Sequence record: CP053388.1
Reading direction: 5' to 3' (one strand)
DNA length: 64,000 bases
Source: Escherichia phage CMS-2020a
Below, piece by piece: positions 1 to 10,172 of this stretch. Position numbers and translations under genes: made by a program. The notes under the pieces were generated by a model that had not been told where the DNA came from, made no database searches, and worked only from the letters and a program-made list of their open reading frames with translations. Numbering within the stretch: the first letter of the stretch is position 1; the number at the start of each line of letters is the position of its first letter.

Positions 1-214
1 TTACAATCGGCAGATCGTCGACAAAAATAGATCTTGCGCCATTTACCAAGCCGCCAATTACACCTTCCCCAAGAAGATCGAGGATAGCGGCCATTGCACG
101 AGAATTTACGGTATCGTCGGCTTCAACCGGTGTACGGCTAGAGCTTTTGCTGCTTTTTTTACCACCCGCACCTGCAATAAACAGCGGTAACTTTTTCTTC
201 TTGAACTGTTCCAT
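1..214 (-). CDS. Tail tip central fibre protein, lambda gpJ-like (5' end only; gene continues past the window start)
   Basis: Minus-strand ATG at 214 directly downstream of the gpI-like gene; N-terminus MEQFKKKKLPLFIAGAGGKKSSKSS...DLLGEGVIGGLVNG resembles the lambda J N-terminus. Partial, so not in the ORF track. Confidence 0.5.
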   Translation of the reverse strand, partial: MEQFKKKKLPLFIAGAGGKKSSKSSSRTPVEADDTVNSRAMAAILDLLGEGVIGGLVNGARSIFVDDLPIV

Positions 215-232
215 GTTCAAAAAAATCCTTGT

Positions 233-826
233 TTACATTAGCTGGTCAATCGTGATTGAAGAACTCACAACCTGTGAGCCAACCAGAATTTCCTCGCCAT
301 AGATAAGTTGTACTGGGTTGCCCTGGTTTTCTGTATTTTGAGGGCCGTCGAAATAATAAGAGTTCGAGTTATCTGCCTGTCTCACACTTTCGTTAGTGGC
401 TTGCGGCGATATGATTTGTGATATGCCGCCCATCATCAGTGACAAACCGAGAGGTGCTAAAGCAGGCATCACTACCGCCGATACAACCAACAAAGCGGCC
501 CCTACTACCGTCTGAAACCACCCAAAAGCAGATCCACCGCTTCCTCGCGGAACAGGTGTAATGCGGATTTTGGCAATGTTGTCAGACTGCCCCATCATCT
601 GATATTCACTTTCGTCAACAGACCACTTGTGGCCCTGTTTATTGGTGATCTGGATGTGGTAACGGTCATAGGTTTTGATATTGCGCTTCATCCATGCTTT
701 AAACCCAGGCTTGTTGGCCTCAATTAAATCCAGAGCCTGTTTTGTATTGCGCACCTTTAGATGCCAGTGGCGGCCAAAATGTTTGGCCATAGGGCCGCCA
801 AGCTGCACATGAACTAACTCAGACAC
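233..826 (-). CDS. Tail assembly protein, lambda gpI-like
   Basis: 197 aa, hydrophobic C-terminal half, sits between the K-like and J-like genes in lambda M-L-K-I-J order. Confidence 0.55.
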   Translation of the reverse strand: MSELVHVQLGGPMAKHFGRHWHLKVRNTKQALDLIEANKPGFKAWMKRNIKTYDRYHIQITNKQGHKWSVDESEYQMMGQSDNIAKIRITPVPRGSGGSAFGWFQTVVGAALLVVSAVVMPALAPLGLSLMMGGISQIISPQATNESVRQADNSNSYYFDGPQNTENQGNPVQLIYGEEILVGSQVVSSSITIDQLM

Positions 827-1638
827 GTCTCATCTCCCTTGAGCAAGTCTCTGTGACGCAAGTGATGCGTCGTATGTTTCTGATACATTCCGCCGTAATA
901 AGCACGACAACTAAGGCGGTCGATCTGGTGATGAAGAATCATTCCATCGCCGATATAAACCGCGCAGTGGTCAGGCATTTTCCCGTATTGGATAAAGAAG
1001 ATGTCCCCACGTTGAGGCTCTGTTCCGGGAGCAAGACGCACCAATCCCTCGTTACGGTAGTTCTGATCGAGAATGTCGTTATCGCCGGTGTACCACGATG
1101 GAATATGCAGGTGTGCGTTCGGGTTTAGTTCGACGTTAAACTCACGCTTCAAATAGTCCCGACACAACATCCAGCAATCGAATACGCCAAATACATACGG
1201 TCTGCCCAGGTATGGCATTTCGAAACCATCAGGTGTGATCACATTCATCTCGCTAAAATGGAAAGGGGCATCTCCCTCAACATTCTTGCGAATAGCCAGA
1301 ATCATCCACGGAACTTCCGTCGCTTCGCAGCCTGCACGATCGGCATCAGATGCTTCTGCTGATTCATCAGTATGTGAATGCCAGATTGCGATAACATCAC
1401 CCGCATCCTCTGCCGCCATAATGTCGTCAACGTGCATTACAAAAGTGTTCTGCGGGTTCTCCGAAACATTCCGCGCTTCCATAAAGCGATATTTGTCGCC
1501 ATTAGTTCTAACCAGAAAGCCACACGCTTCATTAGGGTAGCGATTTATGGCGCAGAGATAGATTTGCTGCATAACGTCAGAGCCAAGCTCAGGGATTGCT
1601 TTATTACCCATACCGCGTAGCTCCAATAAATCCGCCAA
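814..1638 (-). CDS. Tail assembly protein, lambda gpK-like (JAB/MPN metalloprotease plus NlpC/P60 domain)
   Basis: JAMM-like motif (IAIWHSHTDE...SDAD) followed by an NlpC/P60-like Cys/His region (GVFDCWMLCRDY...HCAVYIG); position after the L-like gene. Confidence 0.75.
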   Translation of the reverse strand: MADLLELRGMGNKAIPELGSDVMQQIYLCAINRYPNEACGFLVRTNGDKYRFMEARNVSENPQNTFVMHVDDIMAAEDAGDVIAIWHSHTDESAEASDADRAGCEATEVPWMILAIRKNVEGDAPFHFSEMNVITPDGFEMPYLGRPYVFGVFDCWMLCRDYLKREFNVELNPNAHLHIPSWYTGDNDILDQNYRNEGLVRLAPGTEPQRGDIFFIQYGKMPDHCAVYIGDGMILHHQIDRLSCRAYYGGMYQKHTTHHLRHRDLLKGDETCLS

Positions 1639-2335
1639 AATGGATCACACCGTCGGCAAAATAATTCCGACGCGCATTACAGGCGTCATAACGTTTTGTG
1701 CAGTAATCCGCACCAGACATAGACGTCTGCTGGTTATTTTTGTCGAAATATGGACCGGTATAGCCGCATTCTGGCCCTCGGTATTTCCACGGGCAGGTGT
1801 TTTTAATGATCTGACGATACGGCAGTTGCACCCCCATCAAATCGAACACACTAGACAATTCAAACTCGACAACCTGATGAGTTTCGAGAGTTTTCTGTTC
1901 GATAAACCACATTTCATCCGGGAAATGTTGGTTTGGATCTGCTGTTGGGTTGCCGTCTTTAAAATTAACGGCATCGAGGAAGCGAGCCAGCGTCATCTTG
2001 CGAATAATGCGGCAGCCAACAAGATCGTCGTTTGCCTGAACTTCCGCAGAGACAGTTCCGGCAAAGTTCGATACCTGAATTTTTGGACGTGGCAACGTTC
2101 CCTGGCCAGTTTTGTCAAAGCCTGATGCTTTGATTGGCCACGGCTCGTATGTCACTCCTTGCCAGACGACCGGTTGCATCAGTTCGTTTGTTCCGGCGTG
2201 GAAGAATAACTTCCCCCCTGAAGTTGTGTTCGACATATCCAGTACGAACAACTCAATGAGTGCAGAGGGAGATAAGCTCTGAATATCAGCTTTAATTCCC
2301 ATTGTTTCATCCTTGAAATAAGTAGGCGCTAACAT
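1604..2335 (-). CDS. Minor tail protein, lambda gpL-like
   Basis: 243 aa with a C-terminal cysteine cluster (CPWKYRGPECGYTG...C...C) as in the gpL Fe-S region; order M-L-K. Confidence 0.7.
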   Translation of the reverse strand: MLAPTYFKDETMGIKADIQSLSPSALIELFVLDMSNTTSGGKLFFHAGTNELMQPVVWQGVTYEPWPIKASGFDKTGQGTLPRPKIQVSNFAGTVSAEVQANDDLVGCRIIRKMTLARFLDAVNFKDGNPTADPNQHFPDEMWFIEQKTLETHQVVEFELSSVFDLMGVQLPYRQIIKNTCPWKYRGPECGYTGPYFDKNNQQTSMSGADYCTKRYDACNARRNYFADGVIHFGGFIGATRYG

Positions 2336-2384
2336 CCTGTCAGCGCCACAATGATAGTAAATTAGTACTTACTTATCCAGATAC

Positions 2385-2720
2385 TTAAGCCTCAAATACT
2401 TGTCTGAATGTAGCAGTTAAGACACAGTACCCCTGATATCGCTTGACCGTATGACTGTCACATACAACTACAATCCGTTTTCCTCTTGGATTAACCCAAT
2501 AGAACGACTCAACGCCTGCTCGCTCAGTCAGGAAGTCATCGATTGCATTAATTTCGTTGTATGATCTGGTAAAGGTTAACGACCATTCTTCTTTAATACG
2601 ATTAAGACCTTGAGCCTGTCTCTGCTCGTAGTCATCACCAAAATTAAGTACCGTTACATTCGGTTTTACGCTCTTTTCAGATTCGTAATCTGGATACCAA
2701 TTAAACGTTTGTCTTTCCAT
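2385..2720 (-). CDS. Minor tail protein, lambda gpM-like
   Basis: 111 aa ORF immediately downstream of the tape measure gene; size and position match gpM. Confidence 0.6.
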   Translation of the reverse strand: MERQTFNWYPDYESEKSVKPNVTVLNFGDDYEQRQAQGLNRIKEEWSLTFTRSYNEINAIDDFLTERAGVESFYWVNPRGKRIVVVCDSHTVKRYQGYCVLTATFRQVFEA

Positions 2721-2762
2721 CTCACATCCTTGTGAGACTGCCCCGGTCGGGGCAGTCGATAG

Positions 2763-5700
2763 TTAGTTACGTTGAGTGTTTGGGTTGAGTGATCCGCCAG
2801 GGCGTTTCTCTTGAGCGATAGTCTCAAGCGCGATTGCTTTCATCCGTTGAGCGGCATTGTTCCATATGCTTTCTGTATCGCCGGATTCAGTTGTGCTACC
2901 GTCACTATGGACGTTGATCTCAATTGATACCGGAGAAAGAACATTTCCTCCTCCACTCATACCATCGGTACTGAGCGTTACAGGGATTGTTCGACCATCA
3001 GGCAATGGAACATACGCCTCATTCATATCGCCTTCCCCAAACAACGCCAATTGAGGTGAGTTGGCGATACCGCCTTTCTGGTATGCCCGGAGCGGGATCA
3101 CGCCGTCTTTTCCGAATATGCCACCATTTGCAAACTTCGGAATTGCAGGAATACCATTCGTGCCATCGGCAGCAGAACTGGTCAGATTGTTGAACCCGGA
3201 AGTTGAGCCAGAAGAACCGGACATCAATCCATCGAATCCACCACCAGCCCATACTGAAACCAAACCAGATGCAACTGTCGCGCCGAAATTCAACCACTTA
3301 TTACCAGAGCCGGAAGCATTAGCTCCAAGCATTGCAAACGCGGCAGACAGAGCGCCGGTAACAGAGCTGAGGTTCTGCATCGAGAAGATGGAGTCCTTCA
3401 CTGCTTTTGTCTCAGCATCTTTGGCTTCGGTGCTATCAAATAGCCCCGATACCCAGCTACCAATCGCATTTGTTGCTGTGCCAATTGCGCTGGTGGTCTG
3501 CTGTGTTGTTTGCCCCAATCCAGTTACCGAACTGGACGTCTCCTTCGTGGCTTCTCCTACCGACTTGTCGCCATTAACAGTGTTGCCCATTCGTACACCT
3601 TGATTGGCAACGGCAGAAGCAACTCCAGTGAGCAAATTGCCACTCTGTGAACTACCAGCTGCGGTGGTTCCCATCCCCAACATGTTCATTAGAGGCAGCG
3701 TGATTTGCGACTTCACGACCATATTGGTGATATCTTTCAAAATGGACTGAGATAGGCTGGAGAAGCTCATCTTCCCGTTAATAACGAAATCAGTCAGGAC
3801 ATCAGTTAAGCCACTAAACAAATCAGTCCAGGTGCTTTCGATCTGCTCTGCCAAGTTTTCGTATTCCAGTGCCAACTTCTGCGTCGCAGTCCCCGTCTCT
3901 TTAATAAGCGCGGTATTGCCAGCAGCAATCAGTTGATTGATTTTCTTTGTATAAAGCGCCACAACTTTAGGATCAGACGCCTTATCACGAAGTTCTATCA
4001 ACGCTTTGAGATTGCGGTTGTAGGTGTCTTCGAAATCAGCAACTTTCTCTTCGCGAGACGGCGTATAGCCAGCACTAATAATGGAATCCGCCTCCGGTGC
4101 CCAAGTGGAGATCATCTGCTCAACATTGCGGCGATTAAACATCTCGCGATATTCAGGTGTCGCATTTTTGAGGTCTTCAAGACGTTTTTTCGCCTTGTCG
4201 ATCATCTCTTGAGTGATGAACTCGTTAGGTACCGCATTAGCCAAATCTGTCAGCGATTTCGTTGTATCGCGAAGAGACTGATCAAACGATACCGTAGCCT
4301 TAGAGCTTTCACCCATTTGCCCCATAAGCTGATCAGCTTTGTCCAGAGCCTTCTGGTATCCGGCTGCCAGTTTCTGTTGCGCTGCCTGTTCCTTCTTGGC
4401 CGCACGCTGCGAGGCGTTAGCTGATCGTTGGGCTGCTTTCTCGGCAGCTGCTGCATCCTGTTCACGAGCTTTAGTAAGTGCGGCAATGGCTGCGGCACGC
4501 TCTTCATCGCTCATTTTCTCCAGAGAGCTGGCACTGGATGCTTTCTGCAAATTAAGCTGCGTCTTGAGTTGTTTAGGCCCAATAATCGGCTTACCTTCGA
4601 AGTCCATCATCGGAGTGCCGTCAGGCAAAGTACGCTGATAAGTCGCAGAATCCATCTGGTTTCGCATATATTGCGCCAACGCCTTCTGAGCAGCTTTATC
4701 AGTTGTACCTAACCCAAGAACAGTCCCCTGGTTTGACATTACGCCCTTACCAGTTTTGGCCGCGTTATCTCTCTCGAACTCTGCCTGAGTCAGCTCCTGA
4801 GCAACGGCTTCCAAATGCTCCTGATAACCACGAATACTGCCTTGCAGTTTCTGGATCTGCTCGGTATTTCCATCCTTTTTGGCTTTTTCAAGCTGATCAT
4901 TAAGAGTCGCAATTTGCTTCTCGGTCGCATTCTTACGAGAAGAAAGTGAATCAACCAGTTTTTGCGCAGGCTCCAGATAGCTTTTGTTTACCGTTTCACG
5001 TAACGGTGCCAATAGCTTGTTCTTTTCGTCATCTGAAAGTGAACCGTCATCATTGATTTTCTGGATCTTATCCAGAGCCTCTTGCCGGGCTTTCACGAAT
5101 GTTGCCGCGAAAATCTGGTTTTCCGCTCGAATTTTCTCAATCTGAGATTCGGCAGCCTCTTTAGCCAAACGCTTTGCTACAGCGCCGTCACCAAGAGCTA
5201 TCGTGCCGGTTATCTTTTGATACTCCTCCTGATTTTTTTTCAGGCGTGCTTCGATGTCAGCCTTCGACTCTTTGTGAGTAATAACACCGGCAGAGTTAGA
5301 TACGTAATTAACACCCTCACCAGTTTTTAATGCTCGTTGATCAGCAAGAATCTGCTTTTCGAGCTTTTCTGCGCGGTCGGCCATTTGTGCACGTTTGGCC
5401 GCTGTCATCGCTTCTGGTATTTTCCTAATCTCGTCAACGACCTTTGAAGTTTCGCTGCGGAGCATGGTCATGTACGTGATTAGGCCAGCAACAGCTACAG
5501 TGGCAACTGTAAATGCTGCCCCTATAGGGTTTGCTGCAATGAACGCCGTTAATCCAGCAAAAGCGCCTTTAAGCCCCGTAATCGCCCCACGGATGGCGAA
5601 AATAAGAGAGGGGATCGGAGCCAGCCCCATACGTGCCGCACGATTGAATCGAGTTACTGCTGTAGCGCCGAGGTTAAATGGAGTCTGTATGGCGGTCGCC

Positions 5701-7352
5701 ATCGTGGCAAAGGTGCTAACCATCTGGCTCCCAGCGCCAACTACCCCCATGATCCCTGCTCGCATCAGTTTGAACGCAACCATCGCGGCCACGACCTTAC
5801 CGAGATTAATTACCAGCTCTTGGTTCTTTGCTAACCATTGAGCAAGCTGACGCAACCCATCGATTGCCGTTGTTAACCCCGAACCTAAAGAATTGGCAAA
5901 CGAAATCCCTTCGGCGCTATTCATGATTGAAGCCAGTTCTTTCATCCCCTTCGATAGAGAATCCAGATATCCGGCCTGACCAACCCGATCAGCAAATAAC
6001 GTGAATGACGTCTGAAGTTGCGCCAGCGCACCTGTGTAGGTTTGCATCATGTCTTTCGCTGCGTTCTCATTCTCCGCACGCAGACCAACAAACATCAGAG
6101 ACAACGCCTGTTTTGCCTCAACCGTACCGCTGGCAACGGCTTTAGTCAGTTCCCCCATAGTGATGCCTGCGGCGTCTGCCATTGCCTGCATCGCGTTAGG
6201 AACGGCTTCACCTAATTGCTGACGTAGCTCTTCCATTGACACGACGCCCTTACCGGACATCTGCTGAACGGCCACAGCCGCACGTTTCAACAGCTCACTA
6301 TCACCACCAAAACGAGCAACGGAGTCCACCAGCGCCTTCAGAGAGCCATCGGTTGGATCTAAGCCAGCAGAACGAAACTTCACGAAGGAATCTGTTAACG
6401 CCTGCATCGCGAACGGCGCATTTTGAGCCATGTCTACGATGTACTTCATGTCATCGGCGGCAGCCTGGCCAGGGTTAGACTTCTCCTTATTCAACCCACG
6501 AAGCATCACCCGCATACGTTCCATTTCGGCCGCAGCTTCAACAATAGGCTTCTGCCATCCAAACATGATGTCAGTAACCGTTCTGGCTGCATCTCCGATC
6601 TCGCCAAGCAGGAAAATGTTGCCACGAAGGCCAGAGAACATACCTCCTTCGTTACTTTTACCGCTATGGCCAGAGCCGCTACGCCGCCCGCTGCCACCAT
6701 CGCCACTTCCAGATGTACGAACGCGTACCGGCTTGCTAATCAGTTGCTGACGTCCGATAACTTCGTCCATCTGCTCACGAACCTTTTTCAGTCCCTCGGC
6801 AGCCTGACTCGTTGTGACACCCCAATTACTGAGTCGCTTCGTCGTGGTATTAAGGCGCGTATTCATGCCACTCACGGACGCAGAGGCTTCTTTGACCTCC
6901 GTACCAAAGCGGCTTGCGCTTTTGCTTGCATAGGTCGCCCAATCAGAGAAATCATTTAGCTCTGATTGCACTTTACGTAATGACGCGGTGAGTTTATCTA
7001 CTGAAGAAGTTGTCGTATCGACGCGCTCAATCAGGGCTTTAAGACCAGAATTGAGGCTGGTGATGTTGCCACGCATTTTACGCGTAGCATCTGAAGCAAG
7101 CTCAAAACCGGCAGCTACATCCTGTAGTTTATCTGCCGTAGAATCGAGCTTGCTTTCCAGAACGCCAATGATACGGGCGACCGAACCCAAAGAGCGTTCA
7201 AAGGTTTGGATTTTTTGAGCAGGCTTTGTTACCTGCTCACCAAATCGAGTAAGCAGTTTCCCCGCACGATCGATTGACGCTGTAAACTGTTTGTCTTCCA
7301 GCGACAGGATAAACTCTACGTTTTGTGACATTCCCTTGTCATCCTCTGCCAA
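2763..7352 (-). CDS. Tail tape measure protein
   Basis: 1529 aa, long helical and coiled-coil regions, Gly-rich C-terminal segment, hydrophobic mid-region; follows the chaperone pair. Confidence 0.85.
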   Translation of the reverse strand: MAEDDKGMSQNVEFILSLEDKQFTASIDRAGKLLTRFGEQVTKPAQKIQTFERSLGSVARIIGVLESKLDSTADKLQDVAAGFELASDATRKMRGNITSLNSGLKALIERVDTTTSSVDKLTASLRKVQSELNDFSDWATYASKSASRFGTEVKEASASVSGMNTRLNTTTKRLSNWGVTTSQAAEGLKKVREQMDEVIGRQQLISKPVRVRTSGSGDGGSGRRSGSGHSGKSNEGGMFSGLRGNIFLLGEIGDAARTVTDIMFGWQKPIVEAAAEMERMRVMLRGLNKEKSNPGQAAADDMKYIVDMAQNAPFAMQALTDSFVKFRSAGLDPTDGSLKALVDSVARFGGDSELLKRAAVAVQQMSGKGVVSMEELRQQLGEAVPNAMQAMADAAGITMGELTKAVASGTVEAKQALSLMFVGLRAENENAAKDMMQTYTGALAQLQTSFTLFADRVGQAGYLDSLSKGMKELASIMNSAEGISFANSLGSGLTTAIDGLRQLAQWLAKNQELVINLGKVVAAMVAFKLMRAGIMGVVGAGSQMVSTFATMATAIQTPFNLGATAVTRFNRAARMGLAPIPSLIFAIRGAITGLKGAFAGLTAFIAANPIGAAFTVATVAVAGLITYMTMLRSETSKVVDEIRKIPEAMTAAKRAQMADRAEKLEKQILADQRALKTGEGVNYVSNSAGVITHKESKADIEARLKKNQEEYQKITGTIALGDGAVAKRLAKEAAESQIEKIRAENQIFAATFVKARQEALDKIQKINDDGSLSDDEKNKLLAPLRETVNKSYLEPAQKLVDSLSSRKNATEKQIATLNDQLEKAKKDGNTEQIQKLQGSIRGYQEHLEAVAQELTQAEFERDNAAKTGKGVMSNQGTVLGLGTTDKAAQKALAQYMRNQMDSATYQRTLPDGTPMMDFEGKPIIGPKQLKTQLNLQKASSASSLEKMSDEERAAAIAALTKAREQDAAAAEKAAQRSANASQRAAKKEQAAQQKLAAGYQKALDKADQLMGQMGESSKATVSFDQSLRDTTKSLTDLANAVPNEFITQEMIDKAKKRLEDLKNATPEYREMFNRRNVEQMISTWAPEADSIISAGYTPSREEKVADFEDTYNRNLKALIELRDKASDPKVVALYTKKINQLIAAGNTALIKETGTATQKLALEYENLAEQIESTWTDLFSGLTDVLTDFVINGKMSFSSLSQSILKDITNMVVKSQITLPLMNMLGMGTTAAGSSQSGNLLTGVASAVANQGVRMGNTVNGDKSVGEATKETSSSVTGLGQTTQQTTSAIGTATNAIGSWVSGLFDSTEAKDAETKAVKDSIFSMQNLSSVTGALSAAFAMLGANASGSGNKWLNFGATVASGLVSVWAGGGFDGLMSGSSGSTSGFNNLTSSAADGTNGIPAIPKFANGGIFGKDGVIPLRAYQKGGIANSPQLALFGEGDMNEAYVPLPDGRTIPVTLSTDGMSGGGNVLSPVSIEINVHSDGSTTESGDTESIWNNAAQRMKAIALETIAQEKRPGGSLNPNTQRN

Positions 7353-7608
7353 ATATTTGCATCAGTTGCTCTTTGGCGTCAGGGTCTGCCTTATCCTGGC
7401 TTGGATCGTAGACTTTATCTGTTACGACTGGTCTTCCAATCCTGAGTTGCAAACCCTCCATGAACGCCTTCACAGCCTCGCCATCCGCCTGGGACGCACG
7501 AGCGACTTGTAAGTTGCGGACATCCTCTTCCGCACGCAGACGGTCTATATTGCGACTGAGCATCCAGAACATCGTGAGAGGAACGTTCAGTAGCTCTAAT
7601 GGCGACAC
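7339..7608 (-). CDS. Tail assembly chaperone, T-like segment (probable -1 frameshift extension of the G-like ORF)
   Basis: ORF starts with GTG; its frame stays open upstream to about 7725, overlapping the 3' end of the G-like ORF in the -1 frame. Confidence 0.45.
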   Translation of the reverse strand: MSPLELLNVPLTMFWMLSRNIDRLRAEEDVRNLQVARASQADGEAVKAFMEGLQLRIGRPVVTDKVYDPSQDKADPDAKEQLMQIFGRG

Positions 7609-7688
7609 GGCGTAGTGAGCAACTACACGACTGAAATAGAATCCGAGATCTATTGAGACGGTCCTTGTCCCGGATTCATCGCGGGAAA

Positions 7689-8006
7689 TTACTTTGCCCC
7701 TTCGCCAGCCGCTTTTTCGTTTTCTTCATCAATCACTTCCATAGCGAAGGTGAAGATCTGCTGGAGTTGCGGAACAGTCAGTTTTTCAAGAACTTCGTCA
7801 GGTACTGAAGGGATAACCTTACGAACCAGATCTGCATAAGCTGTCACTTGCTCAACAGGAGACATGTTCATGAGATCTTTGCCTTCCATCTGCTTGATGG
7901 AAACGAACAGACCTACCGTCATTTCAACGATGGGATATTCCTGACCGCCAAATTTGATGCTTTTCTTCGGAGGCAGAATGGAATCGAGATCGAGTAATTT
8001 GGTCAT
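7689..8006 (-). CDS. Tail assembly chaperone, lambda gpG-like
   Basis: 105 aa acidic protein between the tail tube and tape measure genes. Confidence 0.6.
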   Translation of the reverse strand: MTKLLDLDSILPPKKSIKFGGQEYPIVEMTVGLFVSIKQMEGKDLMNMSPVEQVTAYADLVRKVIPSVPDEVLEKLTVPQLQQIFTFAMEVIDEENEKAAGEGAK

Positions 8007-8061
8007 TGGTTAAAATCCTTTTAAAAGAGAGGCCCATCCTGAGCCTCTGCTTAATTACTGA

Positions 8062-8844
8062 TTAATCTGCGGGGTTAATCGTTACTGACTTAGTTGCCTT
8101 CTTACCACCGCTATTGCTGGTGAAGGAGATATTTGTAGAACCCTGCGCCACACCACGTACCAGACCCGTTTGATCTACCGTGGCCTTTTTCTGGTCTTCG
8201 GATTCCCAAACACCGGTTTTGTCTGCGGCATCAGCTGGAGTAATTTCGACTGTCAGTTGCACAGTCTCCCCTGCTTTTACAGTTGGAGATTCCTGTTTGA
8301 TCGACACGGTTTTTACCGGTTTAGGACCGCTCATTTTGCCCAGAACGCCTTCATCATCCGGGTATGCGCTGAACTGAACAGAGAACACACGAACATCATC
8401 AGACTGGTAGGTCATAGTGAAGTTGCCCGCGGTTGCCGCTTTCGGGATGGTCAACACATAGTCGGTGGTGTCCTGCGGAGTCAGAACCAGCTCCTTCGCC
8501 ACATCAATCAGGTTAACGCCCTGTGCAGATGTGATCGTGACAGAGCTGTCATCTTCGCTCAGAGTAGAACCAGGCATCAGGTCAACCATGTTTTGGAGTA
8601 CAGACTCAGCCAGAGGCGCGGTGATGGTAATGTTGCGCCCCTGAACTAATTCGGAAATTACGGTCTGCCCCAACTGATCGACGGTGACTTTCAGCGTTTC
8701 AGTGGCTACTTCAACCTGAACACCACCTTTGGTGTAACCCAAATCCACACCACCAAACGACACCTTACAGGCACCAAGTTTGATGTTTTTTACATGGGTA
8801 TTAGACATTGATGGAAAACTCCTTTTTCCGTTAATTCTACGCAT
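8062..8844 (-). CDS. Major tail tube protein, lambda gpV-like, with C-terminal Ig-like (Big_2) domain
   Basis: 260 aa; C-terminal about 80 aa show the Big_2 pattern (VKAGETVQLTVEITPADA...ATVDQTGLVRGVAQGSTNISF); palindromic motif upstream at 8868-8885. Confidence 0.75.
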   Translation of the reverse strand: MRRINGKRSFPSMSNTHVKNIKLGACKVSFGGVDLGYTKGGVQVEVATETLKVTVDQLGQTVISELVQGRNITITAPLAESVLQNMVDLMPGSTLSEDDSSVTITSAQGVNLIDVAKELVLTPQDTTDYVLTIPKAATAGNFTMTYQSDDVRVFSVQFSAYPDDEGVLGKMSGPKPVKTVSIKQESPTVKAGETVQLTVEITPADAADKTGVWESEDQKKATVDQTGLVRGVAQGSTNISFTSNSGGKKATKSVTINPAD

Positions 8845-8882
8845 TCATTGCGCTAATAGTAAGTATATACTTACCAATTGAG

Positions 8883-9239
8883 TTAATTCAATAAATAGCC
8901 AGCAAATTCAACAGGAATGCCTGCTTCTATTAATGCCCCATCATTTTTGGGATAAATGATTGGCATCGCCATCGGTCGTACAAGTCGAAAATAAACACCA
9001 CCAGATTCCGTTTCCTCTACTGGAAACATCTCAATGATTTTATTGGCTTTCTCAACCGTCGTAGTAATTGACGAACCACGCACAATGATTGTGAATGATT
9101 CGTGATAAAAGCCCTGTAGCTCATGATCGATGCTGATACCGGTATTTGGGTTAATAAGCAGGACGCCAGATTTCACATTGGCAGGCAAGTAGTGACAGAA
9201 AATGTCAGTCCCGACCGTGCCAATCTTTGCCTTCTGCAT
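8883..9239 (-). CDS. Tail terminator protein, gpU-like (start adjusted to internal ATG at 9239)
   Basis: Track ORF 8883-9389 overlaps the upstream gene by 122 nt; the internal Met (MQKAKIGTVG...) at 9239 removes the overlap. Position just before the tail tube gene. Confidence 0.45.
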   Translation of the reverse strand: MQKAKIGTVGTDIFCHYLPANVKSGVLLINPNTGISIDHELQGFYHESFTIIVRGSSITTTVEKANKIIEMFPVEETESGGVYFRLVRPMAMPIIYPKNDGALIEAGIPVEFAGYLLN

Positions 9240-9267
9240 CAAACTTGCAAACGCTTCAATAAACACA

Positions 9268-9741
9268 TTAACCTCTCGTAAATCCGGCTTTTCTGGCAGC
9301 CTCAAGAATCGCTTCTGAGAACTGCTTCTCGCTAATTTCCACCGCTCTTTCCAGAAAGTGTGGCCCAACACGGGGTTTAACACCGGCAATTGGTGGGTTT
9401 GTCACGTTCTTCATTCGAGAAAGATAACCGAGTCGGTATTTACCCAGCTCCATGTACTTAGCATAGTCACCGACTTCTACGCCCGGATGCCCCTGACGTG
9501 GTTTTGCTCCAGACACAGAAAGCTCAATGCGCAGCCCTGAATAACCTTCTTTAATCACCCTGGCAAAGATGGCTGTCTCCAGAGATCCGGTTTCCAGCGG
9601 GGCCATTGCACGGCTGAGGCGCTCAACCAAACGCGCCAGCTTTTCCATGTCCCGAATAAGATATCGCTTAAATGCTTTCTGGCTGTTGTTGAGTCTATTC
9701 CCCGCACGTTTGAACTGATGCGCATCGTATTTCAGACCCAT
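9268..9741 (-). CDS. Head-tail connector or tail completion protein (putative)
   Basis: 157 aa ORF in the connector block between capsid and tail tube genes; function by position only. Confidence 0.4.
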   Translation of the reverse strand: MGLKYDAHQFKRAGNRLNNSQKAFKRYLIRDMEKLARLVERLSRAMAPLETGSLETAIFARVIKEGYSGLRIELSVSGAKPRQGHPGVEVGDYAKYMELGKYRLGYLSRMKNVTNPPIAGVKPRVGPHFLERAVEISEKQFSEAILEAARKAGFTRG

Positions 9742-10172
9742 ATATTCGCCCCTACTTCAAGATGCCCAGGTCTTCCTCGTAGCCCCCAGCGGCGATGAAC
9801 ACTGGACGCCTTTAATTTTTGACCTTCAAGGATCAGTACATCATCAAGTTGTACAGCCGCTTCTAAAGGGACTACTAACACAGCATCAAACAGCTCCAGA
9901 CTCGCCTTACCACGACTACCAGAGCTATCAGCACGAACTGACGATTTCTCATTACTCTGTTCGAACTTAACCACGCCGACATTCGTCTTCCTGACGAATT
10001 GTAATTGCGCCTCACCGTAAACGTTCTTTGCGCCAAAGCGGTAGATCGCAATTTCTGTTTGCCATGAAATATTCATGCTCTCTCCCTGTTGTTGTCGGTC
10101 GCTCTCATTACTGGCCAAAAACCCTTTCGACCAAAAGTAAATAATGCGACTGGCGTTACGCACGGCGAACAA
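9732..10172 (-). CDS. Head-tail joining protein (putative)
   Basis: 146 aa, coupled to neighbours in the connector block. Confidence 0.4.
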   Translation of the reverse strand: MFAVRNASRIIYFWSKGFLASNESDRQQQGESMNISWQTEIAIYRFGAKNVYGEAQLQFVRKTNVGVVKFEQSNEKSSVRADSSGSRGKASLELFDAVLVVPLEAAVQLDDVLILEGQKLKASSVHRRWGLRGRPGHLEVGANIWV

